From: a virus
Lineage: Duplodnaviria; Caudoviricetes
Reading direction: 5' to 3' (one strand)
DNA: 27,382 bases
IMG/VR virus record: IMGVR_UViG_3300032288_001588
Span: 1 to 27,382 of that record
The position numbers and the translations under genes are program-made. Of the stretch, positions 9,001 through 16,186 are shown piece after piece. Each line of letters opens with the position of its first letter. The stretch's first letter is position 1. The notes below the pieces were generated by a model that did no database searches, was not told the origin of the DNA, and saw only the letters and a list, made by a program, of their open reading frames with translations.

Positions 9001-10942
9001 ATTTATTCGTTCTGCGGGTGCACTTAGTATTGGTGGTGGTAATGGATTCTATATGGATGCGGTTGGTAATATGAGATTTGGAGCAGATACATCTACTGAA
9101 GGTAACTACGTTTATTGGAATAATACTCTGGGAACATTAGATATAAATGGAACAATAACTGCCGATTCTGGTGAGATTGGGGGATTTACTATTGCTAATA
9201 ATAAATTATTAGCATCTGGTTCTTTATTACGATTTGATACACAGGCGCCATCAATAGAATTTTATACAAACGCAACTGGTTCTGCTAAAGTAGTATTAAA
9301 TCCAAAAGCAACATTAACTGACCCAAGTGGACAGATTATATATATAAGTGGTTCACAATACGATGGTACTAATGGAAATAGAACCTCAACATCTGGAACT
9401 ACTAATACTACTTACTATATTACTGAAGTATATAGTGGTTCGCTTGGTATATCAGCAAACAGTACATATTCAGGTACAACTCTAGCCTTTAGTGAAGCAG
9501 GTAATACCAATTTCATTGTGTATATTCCAGAAACATCTTTAACTATATCAACTACTTCGCCATCGGCGGCTTCAGATTATCCACCATCTCCTCCACAATA
9601 TGCATATGAAACATATCAATCAGAATATGCATCTCCTGGAAATGCATCATGTCAATGGTATGTGCAAATGTTCAATTCAACTGGAACAACGTTTATATCC
9701 GAAGTTGCAATAAATGGAGCATCTACATATAGAAGTGGTACTGCAAGTAATTCTTATTATAGTGCAGTAGTATCATATAGCGGATTCCCTTATTATACTG
9801 AATCGTACTATTGGAATTATTCATCATACTCATCAACAGCATATTATCAGGGAAATATTCCATTTGGGTCTAAAGCAGGTCAAATGATAATACCAGCACC
9901 GGGTATATATCAATTTAGATTAGTACTAAAAGTTACAGCTACAGCGGCAGCTATATATGATTATGTTGGGGGTTCGAATACATATTATACTACAACTGGA
10001 ACTTCTAATCATACAACAACTGGTGATATTACTTTTCAATTTTCACCAAACGTAAATAAAACGGAAATAACGAATGGAGGTATTCAGGTATTATCAAATC
10101 AAGATGCTTATGTTCGTTTTAATAGAATCGAACCAAGTGCATATGGCGGGTCTTCTGCGATAGCAAATTTTGTTGGTGGTGTGATTAATGTATCTGCATT
10201 TGGTGGGTATCCAACAAATTTGGGTAATACTGGTATCTATATGAATGGTGGATTGTTTGTACTTGGTACTTCTAATTATTTAGGTGATTATTACTTTAGC
10301 GGAACTGGTACACAAGAATCACTTCGTCTAGGTGGAAGAAGCACAGCAACAGCTGCAGACCAAACGTATATAACTTCATATTCTAATTTTTTACCAGCAA
10401 GTGATAACTATTGGACCATAGGAAAATCTGGACAAAAATGGAAACAAATATGGTCGAATACTGGAACTATACAAACATCAGATGCAAACCAAAAATTAGA
10501 AATAGAACAATCTCAATTGGGATTGGATTTTATAAATAGATTACAACCGGTTTCATATAAATTTATTTCTGGAAGTGCTATTACTGAAAAAATTGAGGAT
10601 TATATAAAAACAGTTAAAGAACCGGCTATCATAACTTCCGATGGAACTATAATAAAAGAAGAAGTTATTGAATATATAAAAAATGAACAAACACCAAACA
10701 TAACTTGGACTCCTGGTATAAGAAAACATCATGGGTTGGTTGCACAGCATGTGAAAACAATTTTGGATGAAATGGGACTTTCAACTAATGATTTTGCTGG
10801 ATATATTGAAGGTGATTTAGAAAATCATTCTGATTTGGGATTACGTTATGAAGAATTTATGGCTCCTATGATAAAAGCAATACAAGAATTATCATCCAAA
10901 GTTGATAGATTAGAGGCACAAATAAGTGGTTCGTTTTCTTAA
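3020..10942 (+). CDS. Giant tail fibre/baseplate structural protein (2640 aa) with C-terminal peptidase S74 intramolecular chaperone
   Basis: Beta-rich, S/T/G-rich; Gly-X-Y stretches; three RGxW modules; C-terminal TSDANQK...LGLDFINRLQPVSYKF...HGLVAQHV...LRYEEFMAPMIKAIQELSSKV is the typical S74 domain with Ser-Lys dyad (Ser codon at 10478). Confidence 0.85.
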   Translation: MARIKKYSPELSTHLRYFETYLVDTLSNSQYFKVTEFKDVFTGGKNGFLIEGSEHLMESTEIKIEILDVDGNPIYYEPGNGVPEYYEGLSKVIAVYVYEDTPIGEASITILGELKTYIDESGNKQEIPAEWKGIYNVKWEKTFKVNKLLANEDKVRFYRRPSVSINEIVKPIFSNVVTPIIQKGKVDGFAQVPSSGTKLAGYTLPTSYLLQINDGKSAWTGSVAGTSIELTDLGVSLTADDIINNRDLTVSTPYTLNGIVQDFTNQRYTASFNYLEGLDNLKTALTGSFAKITLADLTTFVGDVARVKVFRKSSSDLADYQFIQEVQLESNELLVDIESTLKNQENYGLFDVFNYTDYWVTSSNNLDTTFNQTYLFNSVRLDNTAGINSYFTTKSLQLTEGSEYSFTFNTRLAQNIPSNNYLKVYLSGSRETTINNTPVTIGVQQNIVTVTPDSTLLEKSQITSNFKAQNIKNARLHFEVTGTGWHISDVSLRASQETSFSPDEITFIQPIPRTLPTQTFDFLFQFYDINNNYIPVVVEESKTFDGGNLVSIAKNLELIPSSLYFQIDSGSQPLPPTTIFIDVVKSFLTGSVTFTSRSFDFFNNELSASQYALPGGQYPGLLNDIDKDTVFMTVQNFTGSREDIKVQFVELTGACEGVSDTIVLTRVQDGFGGVNFEIRPYNGIVIRNSDPSSSLEVQAIRIDGVNEIPLRENLPFGRSDVQLFVQSGSTYITLQEASDRGFVKGLSAGTTGSGELNYNAVLNRDSIDGQRTLYMIPSSSFDLSSSILTSLTLTDLQDGLDAGIVLFDVDAFTINPRLESTFTPTFSSATASFFRRGTFENPISCSFEIYPSMSINKDYVAEYWMQYVTHSCNPDISVVAYDEVGNIIPSRANAATYPLGDALQQSKQILLSFVYTEPWTSASVSTDKLFTIVPEGKPGDESIVFEINSKDVVLAANSRGVVNDYKPSITDIKLKQGSRYLSFTASREAGTFHIAQNSIIDTNVTVGNVYFDVNYTSSLIVSASNFFVDLSGSIEYPLEIQPYYTSSVYTASVIQNYTKVLDGPPPIEIIITPLSANISADEVGYVIPSNYNAANTTIKVKEGDDRLRFTTQSKDPGTFRILSVSGSNIRTGSLSSSSFDTGTINYNRFDYPFVSASSVYTIEVYPYALGPGHSYTSSIYQRTQTFTKNVSVPNARSITAEASSATVNYDRDGNDPQPSEVKLTANAFNTTGSIFYYWYILEPDGTETLYENTYTSNNSEVYAWSEQNYIDIDASNSTAPGEIRTWKVKIKDGSNRPAPLTPTDSHPFRAEASVTIAGIKAGADAYKYSATNLNTSITADLWSTQFTGSGIQISAYKGTTQLAHTSSYVVSQEVNDFLGNFIGNLGYFSASVHSKSPWITLAQNPTKFPPSNPAALSDIVAWTAPATNTSGEVIYKIDYEKGRQIDYVTQSLSVQYTPPAPYDVKMQNDSAGVVYRVSGEFELNNTGNIIRAYRGDTELTNVSNFAYVTGQPDAYNVTGYKDKCRISILSYSGHITLQGITSPAGAFVSSSVNAPKGAEMLGLSTWTNPEVNQTAEIVYQIDCEGRATFFKTQSLSVQFEGNTGPGIVMRGVWKNNIDYIGSVETTNKRRDAVIWPDPPTVNNETHYYAAVSGSGPGTAVGYKQPVFSGGTGVDDNYWQYLGQEELFIAAQIAIFQESYVKNTINVGTKDTSGPSANIVIAGGRPDPYIAIGQTGTQGTSGTSGTSLAPTGTIGYDRPGVFLGIYENGTSGTTGRFSIKTTGTSGKGMFWDGDTLTIVGAIRQVEPGVVEGSLRGVWTSGYTYYPNDIVSYAGQSWSMYGSTHTATNNTNAGTGYPGSGPWVIAAAAGTSGTAGSGGVNGANGTNGTAGGPGPGVVYRGPWTGSLQYFNDSVAGRVDVVKGSDGAYYIAKVTHTPNVVNAPIGTDTTPVTGGSYATYWKSFGATFSSVATGLLLAENATVTKGLVIGQEGSDVGFIRSAGALSIGGGNGFYMDAVGNMRFGADTSTEGNYVYWNNTLGTLDINGTITADSGEIGGFTIANNKLLASGSLLRFDTQAPSIEFYTNATGSAKVVLNPKATLTDPSGQIIYISGSQYDGTNGNRTSTSGTTNTTYYITEVYSGSLGISANSTYSGTTLAFSEAGNTNFIVYIPETSLTISTTSPSAASDYPPSPPQYAYETYQSEYASPGNASCQWYVQMFNSTGTTFISEVAINGASTYRSGTASNSYYSAVVSYSGFPYYTESYYWNYSSYSSTAYYQGNIPFGSKAGQMIIPAPGIYQFRLVLKVTATAAAIYDYVGGSNTYYTTTGTSNHTTTGDITFQFSPNVNKTEITNGGIQVLSNQDAYVRFNRIEPSAYGGSSAIANFVGGVINVSAFGGYPTNLGNTGIYMNGGLFVLGTSNYLGDYYFSGTGTQESLRLGGRSTATAADQTYITSYSNFLPASDNYWTIGKSGQKWKQIWSNTGTIQTSDANQKLEIEQSQLGLDFINRLQPVSYKFISGSAITEKIEDYIKTVKEPAIITSDGTIIKEEVIEYIKNEQTPNITWTPGIRKHHGLVAQHVKTILDEMGLSTNDFAGYIEGDLENHSDLGLRYEEFMAPMIKAIQELSSKVDRLEAQISGSFS
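8222..8257 (+). repeat. Collagen-like GTQ-GTS-GTS-GTS repeat (9-bp unit GGTACATCT)
   Basis: ggtacatct ggtacatct ggtacatcg at 8231-8257. Confidence 0.8.
8621..8701 (+). repeat. Collagen-like Gly-X-Y stretch GTSGTAGSGGVNGANGTNGTAGGPGPG
   Basis: Direct translation of the giant ORF. Confidence 0.75.
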
Positions 10943-10949
10943 AAAATAT

Positions 10950-10958
10950 ATACTTATA
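10950..10958 (+). promoter_or_regulatory. Putative late promoter motif ATACTTATA
   Basis: Recurrent intergenic motif; TATACTTATATATA is shared with the gap at 19521-19534. Confidence 0.5.
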
Positions 10959-10974
10959 TATAAACAATTATATT

Positions 10975-11253
10975 ATGGCAGAATTAAAAGAAGCATTATC
11001 ATCTGATGTATTGGAGAAACTAAGAAACAACCAAAATGAATTAAATACACTTGTTATGGATATTGGTCAAGTAAGTCTTAGAAATAGAGAATTAAGAAAT
11101 GAATTATTGAAATTAGACCAATTAAAGAATTCTATGGAAATTAGATTCGATGAAATTAATAATGAAATAAATACTACATTAGCTGAATTGGAAAAAACAT
11201 ATCCAAAAGGTGAAGTTGATTTAAGAGAGGGTACTATAACTTTCGAAAAATAA
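10975..11253 (+). CDS. Small coiled-coil protein (92 aa), paralog of 15781-16164
   Basis: Heptad helix ending in YPKGEVDLREGTI; aligns with YPQGRINMQDGTI of the 127-aa ORF. Confidence 0.8.
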   Translation: MAELKEALSSDVLEKLRNNQNELNTLVMDIGQVSLRNRELRNELLKLDQLKNSMEIRFDEINNEINTTLAELEKTYPKGEVDLREGTITFEK

Positions 11254-11254
11254 A

Positions 11255-11286
11255 TTTGGAATACTCGAATAAATTTCGTATCTTTG
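11255..11286 (+). promoter_or_regulatory. Bacteroidota primary-sigma promoter (-33 TTTG / -7 TAnnTTTG)
   Basis: TTTG 11255-11258, 20-nt spacer, TATCTTTG 11279-11286, 18 nt before the ATG at 11305. Confidence 0.75.
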
Positions 11287-11304
11287 TTACATTAATTAGT
11301 CTAA

Positions 11305-13467
11305 ATGAAAAATACACGCAAAAAGTTACTTTATATATGTCCGCACCTTTCAACTGGCGGACAACCTCAATATACTTATAAGCAAATAAAACACTTTATC
11401 AAAGAGTTTGATATTGAGGTGGTAGAATTGAATAATAGTGGGGGTGATGCATTTGTTGTTCAAAAAAATAGAATAAAATCCTTAGCTTTAGTACACACAT
11501 TGGGTGATGATAAATCAAAGGTATTGGATGTGATAAAAGAATTCAAACCTGATATCATACATTTTCAGGAAATCCCACAATTTGATTTACCATCAAATAT
11601 ATTAGACCAAATCTTTACAAAAGATAGAGAATATTTTATTATAGCAACTACACATGGTTCATTTACAAATCCATCTGAAATAGTATATCATCCAGACAAA
11701 TATGTTTTAGTATCGGAATGGAGTAAGCAGAGATTTGAAGATACTGGTATTGAACTTGATTTATGGGAGTATCCAATTGAAGAATATGAATTTGATAAAG
11801 ATGATGCGAAAAAGAAATTAGGATTAGACCCAACTTGGAAACATGTTCTAAATGTTGGATTATTTTCACCTGGCAAAAATCAAGCTGAAATATTTGCAAT
11901 AGCAAGACAATTAGAAAAGTATAAAATTAAATTTCATTTTGTAGGAAACCAAGCTATGAATTATGAAAGTTATTGGTTGCCTTTAATGAAACATAAACCT
12001 GAGAATTGTGTTGTATGGGGTGAGAGAGATGATGTGGATACATTTTATGCAGCATGTGACCTTTTCTATTTTTCATCGGTTTTAGAATTAAATCCATTAT
12101 CAGTTAAAGAAGCATTATCTTTTAAGATGCCTTGTTTATTTAGAAAGTTAGCAACTTATTTAGATACATATGATAATAATTCATTGGTACAATATATCAA
12201 TGATGATGTAAAATTAACCAAACGATATATTTTAGAAAAACTTCAACCTGATTTTAATGAAATACCGGGTTGGTTTGCATATGAAGAATTATATGATAAA
12301 ATGGTAGAGGTTGCCAACGATAATTGTGTATTTGTTGAAGTTGGTGCTTGGTTTGGTAAATCTACAAATCATTTGGCAAAAAAGATTAGAGAATCTAAAA
12401 AAAATATACATTTTACAACGGTAGATACTTGGAAAGGTACTGATGATGAAGATATACATCAAACAATAGTTGGTTCATTTTCTGGAGATATATTTTATGA
12501 ATTTATAGATAATACAATCTATTCTAATAATTACGGACAAATTGAAACTATAAAAGATACATCAAGAAACGCAGCTAATAACTTTGCAAATAATAGTATT
12601 GATTATATAATGTTGGATGCAGGACATAGTTATGATGCACTAAAGGATGATTTGAAGGTTTGGTATAATAAAGTAAAACCAGGTGGAATTGTTAGTGGTG
12701 ATGATTATGGAGTATTCTATGGAGTAACACAGGCAGCAGATGAATTTTTCTATGGACAATTTGAAAAAGGATTCCGTTCATTTATTAGAAAAAAACCACG
12801 CATTCAAATAAGACATTTATTAACTAAGCCTGACGATGTTAGAGAAAGAGTTAGTATGGCATCTATAAAGCAATTGGCTAAATATGGGATTGATTACTTT
12901 CCAATGGTTAATACTCCATACGATAAATTACCACCTGCTGAATTTTGCAAAAGACCGGAACATATATCAGACAAGCCTGGTAATTTTGGAAATGGATTAG
13001 GTCCATTGACTGGTAGACATTATGGTTGTTTTGAAGCTCATAGAAAAGCATTAGAAACAATGAGTGATGATTATGATTACACTTTAGTATTTGAGGCAGA
13101 TGCATTTATTTATACGGGATTAGAAGAATTTGTTGAGTTAGTAAATAGAGCATGTTTTATAACCGAAAGAGATGATGTATATTATATTGGATTAGCAAAC
13201 AATGGTTCTAGGAATAAAGAGCATGTTGATGATTTATTTTCAAAAACAGCAGCTAATCAAGATTTAGCACATGCATATCTAATACCAAATCGTACAAAGC
13301 AATGGTGGATTGATAGATTCAATGATACTCCTTGGGAAGGGTTTGATATTTGGCTGACTGATGTTTTTTATAAAGAACCAAAATTAAGATATACCACAAA
13401 TAAAATATATTGTAAACAATCGGAGGGATTCTCTCTAATAGACCAAACTATTAAAACTTGGAGTTAA
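11305..13467 (+). CDS. Three-domain enzyme: GT4 (GT-B) glycosyltransferase + class I SAM methyltransferase + GT25-like (GT-A) glycosyltransferase
   Basis: GT4: HLSTGGQPQY, FSPGKNQ, EX7E ELNPLSVKE (~11305-12250). MTase: FVEVGAWFGKS, IMLDAGHSY, PGGIVSGDDY (~12260-12790). GT25-like: YGCFEAHRKALE...LVFEADA...AHAYLI (~12795-13467). Confidence 0.82.
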   Translation: MKNTRKKLLYICPHLSTGGQPQYTYKQIKHFIKEFDIEVVELNNSGGDAFVVQKNRIKSLALVHTLGDDKSKVLDVIKEFKPDIIHFQEIPQFDLPSNILDQIFTKDREYFIIATTHGSFTNPSEIVYHPDKYVLVSEWSKQRFEDTGIELDLWEYPIEEYEFDKDDAKKKLGLDPTWKHVLNVGLFSPGKNQAEIFAIARQLEKYKIKFHFVGNQAMNYESYWLPLMKHKPENCVVWGERDDVDTFYAACDLFYFSSVLELNPLSVKEALSFKMPCLFRKLATYLDTYDNNSLVQYINDDVKLTKRYILEKLQPDFNEIPGWFAYEELYDKMVEVANDNCVFVEVGAWFGKSTNHLAKKIRESKKNIHFTTVDTWKGTDDEDIHQTIVGSFSGDIFYEFIDNTIYSNNYGQIETIKDTSRNAANNFANNSIDYIMLDAGHSYDALKDDLKVWYNKVKPGGIVSGDDYGVFYGVTQAADEFFYGQFEKGFRSFIRKKPRIQIRHLLTKPDDVRERVSMASIKQLAKYGIDYFPMVNTPYDKLPPAEFCKRPEHISDKPGNFGNGLGPLTGRHYGCFEAHRKALETMSDDYDYTLVFEADAFIYTGLEEFVELVNRACFITERDDVYYIGLANNGSRNKEHVDDLFSKTAANQDLAHAYLIPNRTKQWWIDRFNDTPWEGFDIWLTDVFYKEPKLRYTTNKIYCKQSEGFSLIDQTIKTWS

Positions 13468-14615
13468 TGATATACGATAATTTAGTTAAAAATACTAATA
13501 CTATAAGAGAAGTACAAAATAAAGTACATTTTCATTTTGTTAAAGGTCCTTTTGTTGAAATAAAAGGAAGTAAGTCTGCTGATTATAAAATACAATTTAT
13601 AGACAATAAGACTGGTAAAATACATTTTACATCTAACATAAAAAACAATTGTTGGTGCAGATGTAGTATTGAATATTTTGTTGAATGGAAAATTATCATT
13701 TATGAAAATGATAAATTATGGTATGAAACCATATATAATGCAACCGATAAGAGAGTGTATATAGCATTTGATTCGAGAGCATTGGGTGATTCATTGGCAT
13801 GGTTTCCATATGTTGAAGAATTTAGAAAAAAACATAATTGTAAAGTAATAACTTCTACTTTTATGAATGATATGTTCATTGGGCAATATTCTGATATTGA
13901 ATTTGTAACCCCAGGTTCTATTGTATCTGATTTATATGCTATGTATTCGGTTGGGTTATTTTATAATGAAGATAGTTCTATTAATGGATTAAAGAACCCA
14001 AACAATTTCAGAGAACAAACTATGCAAAAAATGTGTTCTGATATATTAGGGATAGAATATACAGAAATAAAACCAAAAGTTAAGCAACGAAATATTAATA
14101 TTGATAATGACCTAAAGCAAGTTTGTATTGGCGTATTTGGAACGGCTCAATCTAAATTTTGGAATAATCCTACTGGTTGGCAAGATGTTGTTGATTGGTT
14201 AAATAATAGAGGATATACCGTAAAATTATTATCAAAAGAAAATGATGACTATATGGGTAACCAATATCCAAAAGGAATCGTTAAACATCCAAATGGACCA
14301 ATTGAATTGGTTATGGATGAAATGAAAAAATCGAAAGCATTCATTGGTATTGGTAGTGGATTAAGTTGGTTAAGTTGGTCATTAGATGTTCCAACTGTAT
14401 TGATTAGTGGCTTTTCATACGATTGGGCTGAAATGAAAGAATGTTATAGAGTAGCAGCTCCAAAAGGAAAATGTGAAGGTTGTTTCAACAGACTTAGATT
14501 AGATGCTGGGGATTGGAATTGGTGTCCTGACCAAAAAGGAACGCAAAGACAATTTGAATGTACTAAATCAATTACATCTGAAATGGTAATAAAAGAGTTG
14601 GAAAAATTCCTATAA
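13467..14615 (+). CDS. tibC: Autotransporter-type protein O-heptosyltransferase (Aah/TibC, BAHT family)
   Basis: N-terminal beta domain (YFVEWKIII), RVYIAFDSRALGDSLAWFPYVEEFRKKH, FIGIGSGLSWLSWSLDVPTVLISGFS, and four-Cys iron-finger CEGCFN...WNWCP...RQFECTKSIT. The ATG at 13467 overlaps the upstream stop (TAATG) and is preferred over the TTG at 13458. Confidence 0.88.
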   Translation: MIYDNLVKNTNTIREVQNKVHFHFVKGPFVEIKGSKSADYKIQFIDNKTGKIHFTSNIKNNCWCRCSIEYFVEWKIIIYENDKLWYETIYNATDKRVYIAFDSRALGDSLAWFPYVEEFRKKHNCKVITSTFMNDMFIGQYSDIEFVTPGSIVSDLYAMYSVGLFYNEDSSINGLKNPNNFREQTMQKMCSDILGIEYTEIKPKVKQRNINIDNDLKQVCIGVFGTAQSKFWNNPTGWQDVVDWLNNRGYTVKLLSKENDDYMGNQYPKGIVKHPNGPIELVMDEMKKSKAFIGIGSGLSWLSWSLDVPTVLISGFSYDWAEMKECYRVAAPKGKCEGCFNRLRLDAGDWNWCPDQKGTQRQFECTKSITSEMVIKELEKFL

Positions 14616-15001
14616 TGAAAAAAGTTTGGGTAAATGGTACGTTTGATGTAGTACATATAGGTCATATAAGACTTATTAATTATGCAAAACAATTTGGTAC
14701 ATTACGAATAGGATTGGATTCTGATAAACGTGTAAAAAGTATTAAAGGAAAAAATAGACCATTTAACAATTTATCTGATAGAATGGAATTTATATCCGCA
14801 ATAAATGGAGTTGATAGTGTTGTATCTTTTGCTACTGATGATGAATTACGAAATTGTATAAAGGAATGGGAACCTGATATATTTGTTATTGGGGATGATT
14901 ATATAGATAAACCAATAATAGGTGGTGGTATTGCAAAAGAAATAAAATTTTTTACAAAAGTAAATGGTATTAGTACAACTAAGATATTAAAGGATGGGTA
15001 A
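14615..15001 (+). CDS. hldC: Heptose-1-phosphate nucleotidyltransferase (HldE/RfaE domain II)
   Basis: GTFDVVHIGH (HxGH), GLDSDKRVKSIKGKNRPFN..DR, GDDY, GISTTKI. Confidence 0.85.
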   Translation: MKKVWVNGTFDVVHIGHIRLINYAKQFGTLRIGLDSDKRVKSIKGKNRPFNNLSDRMEFISAINGVDSVVSFATDDELRNCIKEWEPDIFVIGDDYIDKPIIGGGIAKEIKFFTKVNGISTTKILKDG

Positions 15002-15737
15002 AACGATTTTAGTTATAGGAGAAAAATGTACAGATGTTTTCAAATATGGGACATCAAATAGAAAATCACCAGAAGGAAGTGGTCCTGTTTTTATACCAAT
15101 AGATGAAGTATATGGTATTGGTATGGCTGGAAATACTGCTAATAATCTAATGGCAATGGGATTGAATGTTGATACATATTTTGATAAAGGAATGATTACC
15201 AAAACAAGGTATGTAAATAAAAATACAAACGAATTATATTTGAGAGTTGATGAAAATGATACAACAAATAGAATTGATATTTACGATTTACCTGATTTAG
15301 TAAAATACGATGCGGTGGTTATATCAGATTATTGTAAAGGATTTTTACATGAAGAAGATATTAATACAATCGCATCAATGGCCAAATTTACAATATTGGA
15401 TACTAAAAAAAGATTGGGAGATTGGTGTAAGAATATTAACTTTGTAAAGTTAAATAGACAGGAATTTCAAAACAATTTTGGTGTTATAAAAGAAAATGAT
15501 TGGTTATTTGATAAGATTATTTGTACATTAGATAGAGGGGGTGCTATGTATAAAACCCAAACATTCAAAGTAGAATCGGTAGATTCTGCTGATGTTAGTG
15601 GAGCTGGTGATACATTTACTGCTGGATTTACAACAAAATATTTAGAAACCAATAGTATTGAACAATCAATAGAATATGGAAATTATTGTGCTGGGGTGGT
15701 TGTAAAAGAAAAAGGAGTTTCTGTGTTCAAAAATTAA
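14994..15737 (+). CDS. hldA: Heptose-7-phosphate kinase (HldE/RfaE domain I, PfkB family)
   Basis: ILVIGE..D...G...RKSPE...PV, GMAGNTANNL, ITKTRY, LRVD, VVISDYCKG, DVSGAGDTF. Confidence 0.85.
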   Translation: MGKTILVIGEKCTDVFKYGTSNRKSPEGSGPVFIPIDEVYGIGMAGNTANNLMAMGLNVDTYFDKGMITKTRYVNKNTNELYLRVDENDTTNRIDIYDLPDLVKYDAVVISDYCKGFLHEEDINTIASMAKFTILDTKKRLGDWCKNINFVKLNRQEFQNNFGVIKENDWLFDKIICTLDRGGAMYKTQTFKVESVDSADVSGAGDTFTAGFTTKYLETNSIEQSIEYGNYCAGVVVKEKGVSVFKN

Positions 15738-15745
15738 AAAACAAT

Positions 15746-15754
15746 ATAGTTATA
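15746..15754 (+). promoter_or_regulatory. Putative late promoter motif ATAGTTATA
   Basis: Recurrent intergenic motif; context resembles 10950-10986. Confidence 0.45.
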
Positions 15755-15780
15755 TATATAAACAATAAAAACAAAAATTT

Positions 15781-16164
15781 ATGGCAGAATTAGATAAAAT
15801 TCCACAAAAACAATCAATTGAAATTGAAATAGCTAAAGTGGATGAAACAATTTACGAAAGATTAAAGGAACTTAATCAAAAATCAAATCTTTTAATTGGG
15901 GATTTTGGTAATATATACATCAGAAAGAAAGAATTAGCTGAAGAACTTGTAAGATTAGATGAAATTTTAGAAAAGGCTGAGGGTGAATTCAAAACAGTCA
16001 ATTCTGAAATTAATCAAACTCTTGATGCGTTAGATGAACAATATCCTCAAGGTAGAATTAATATGCAGGATGGTACTATTCAATACCAACCGGGTGCACC
16101 TACTAGAAAACAATTAGCTGAACAACAAAAGCAACAAGCGCTAGAGGCTAATAAGATTAAATAA
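15781..16164 (+). CDS. Small coiled-coil protein (127 aa), paralog of 10975-11253
   Basis: Shared MAEL start, LIGDFGNIYIRKKEL vs LVMDIGQVSLRNREL, EINQTL vs EINTTL, YPxG...GTI. Confidence 0.8.
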   Translation: MAELDKIPQKQSIEIEIAKVDETIYERLKELNQKSNLLIGDFGNIYIRKKELAEELVRLDEILEKAEGEFKTVNSEINQTLDALDEQYPQGRINMQDGTIQYQPGAPTRKQLAEQQKQQALEANKIK

Positions 16165-16186
16165 TTTACTAAAAGATTAATCGCCA

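Noticed and set aside
13458-13466. TTG start for the heptosyltransferase
   Set aside because: The ATG at 13467 in a TAATG overlap fits the coupling pattern seen elsewhere.
11305-15737. Bacterial LPS locus (contamination or chimera), or a DNA-hypermodification cluster
   Set aside because: It is embedded between phage paralogs with similar composition, and no waa or base-modification genes are present. The transferase carries the BAHT iron-finger rather than WaaC/WaaF features. DNA modification is not formally excluded.
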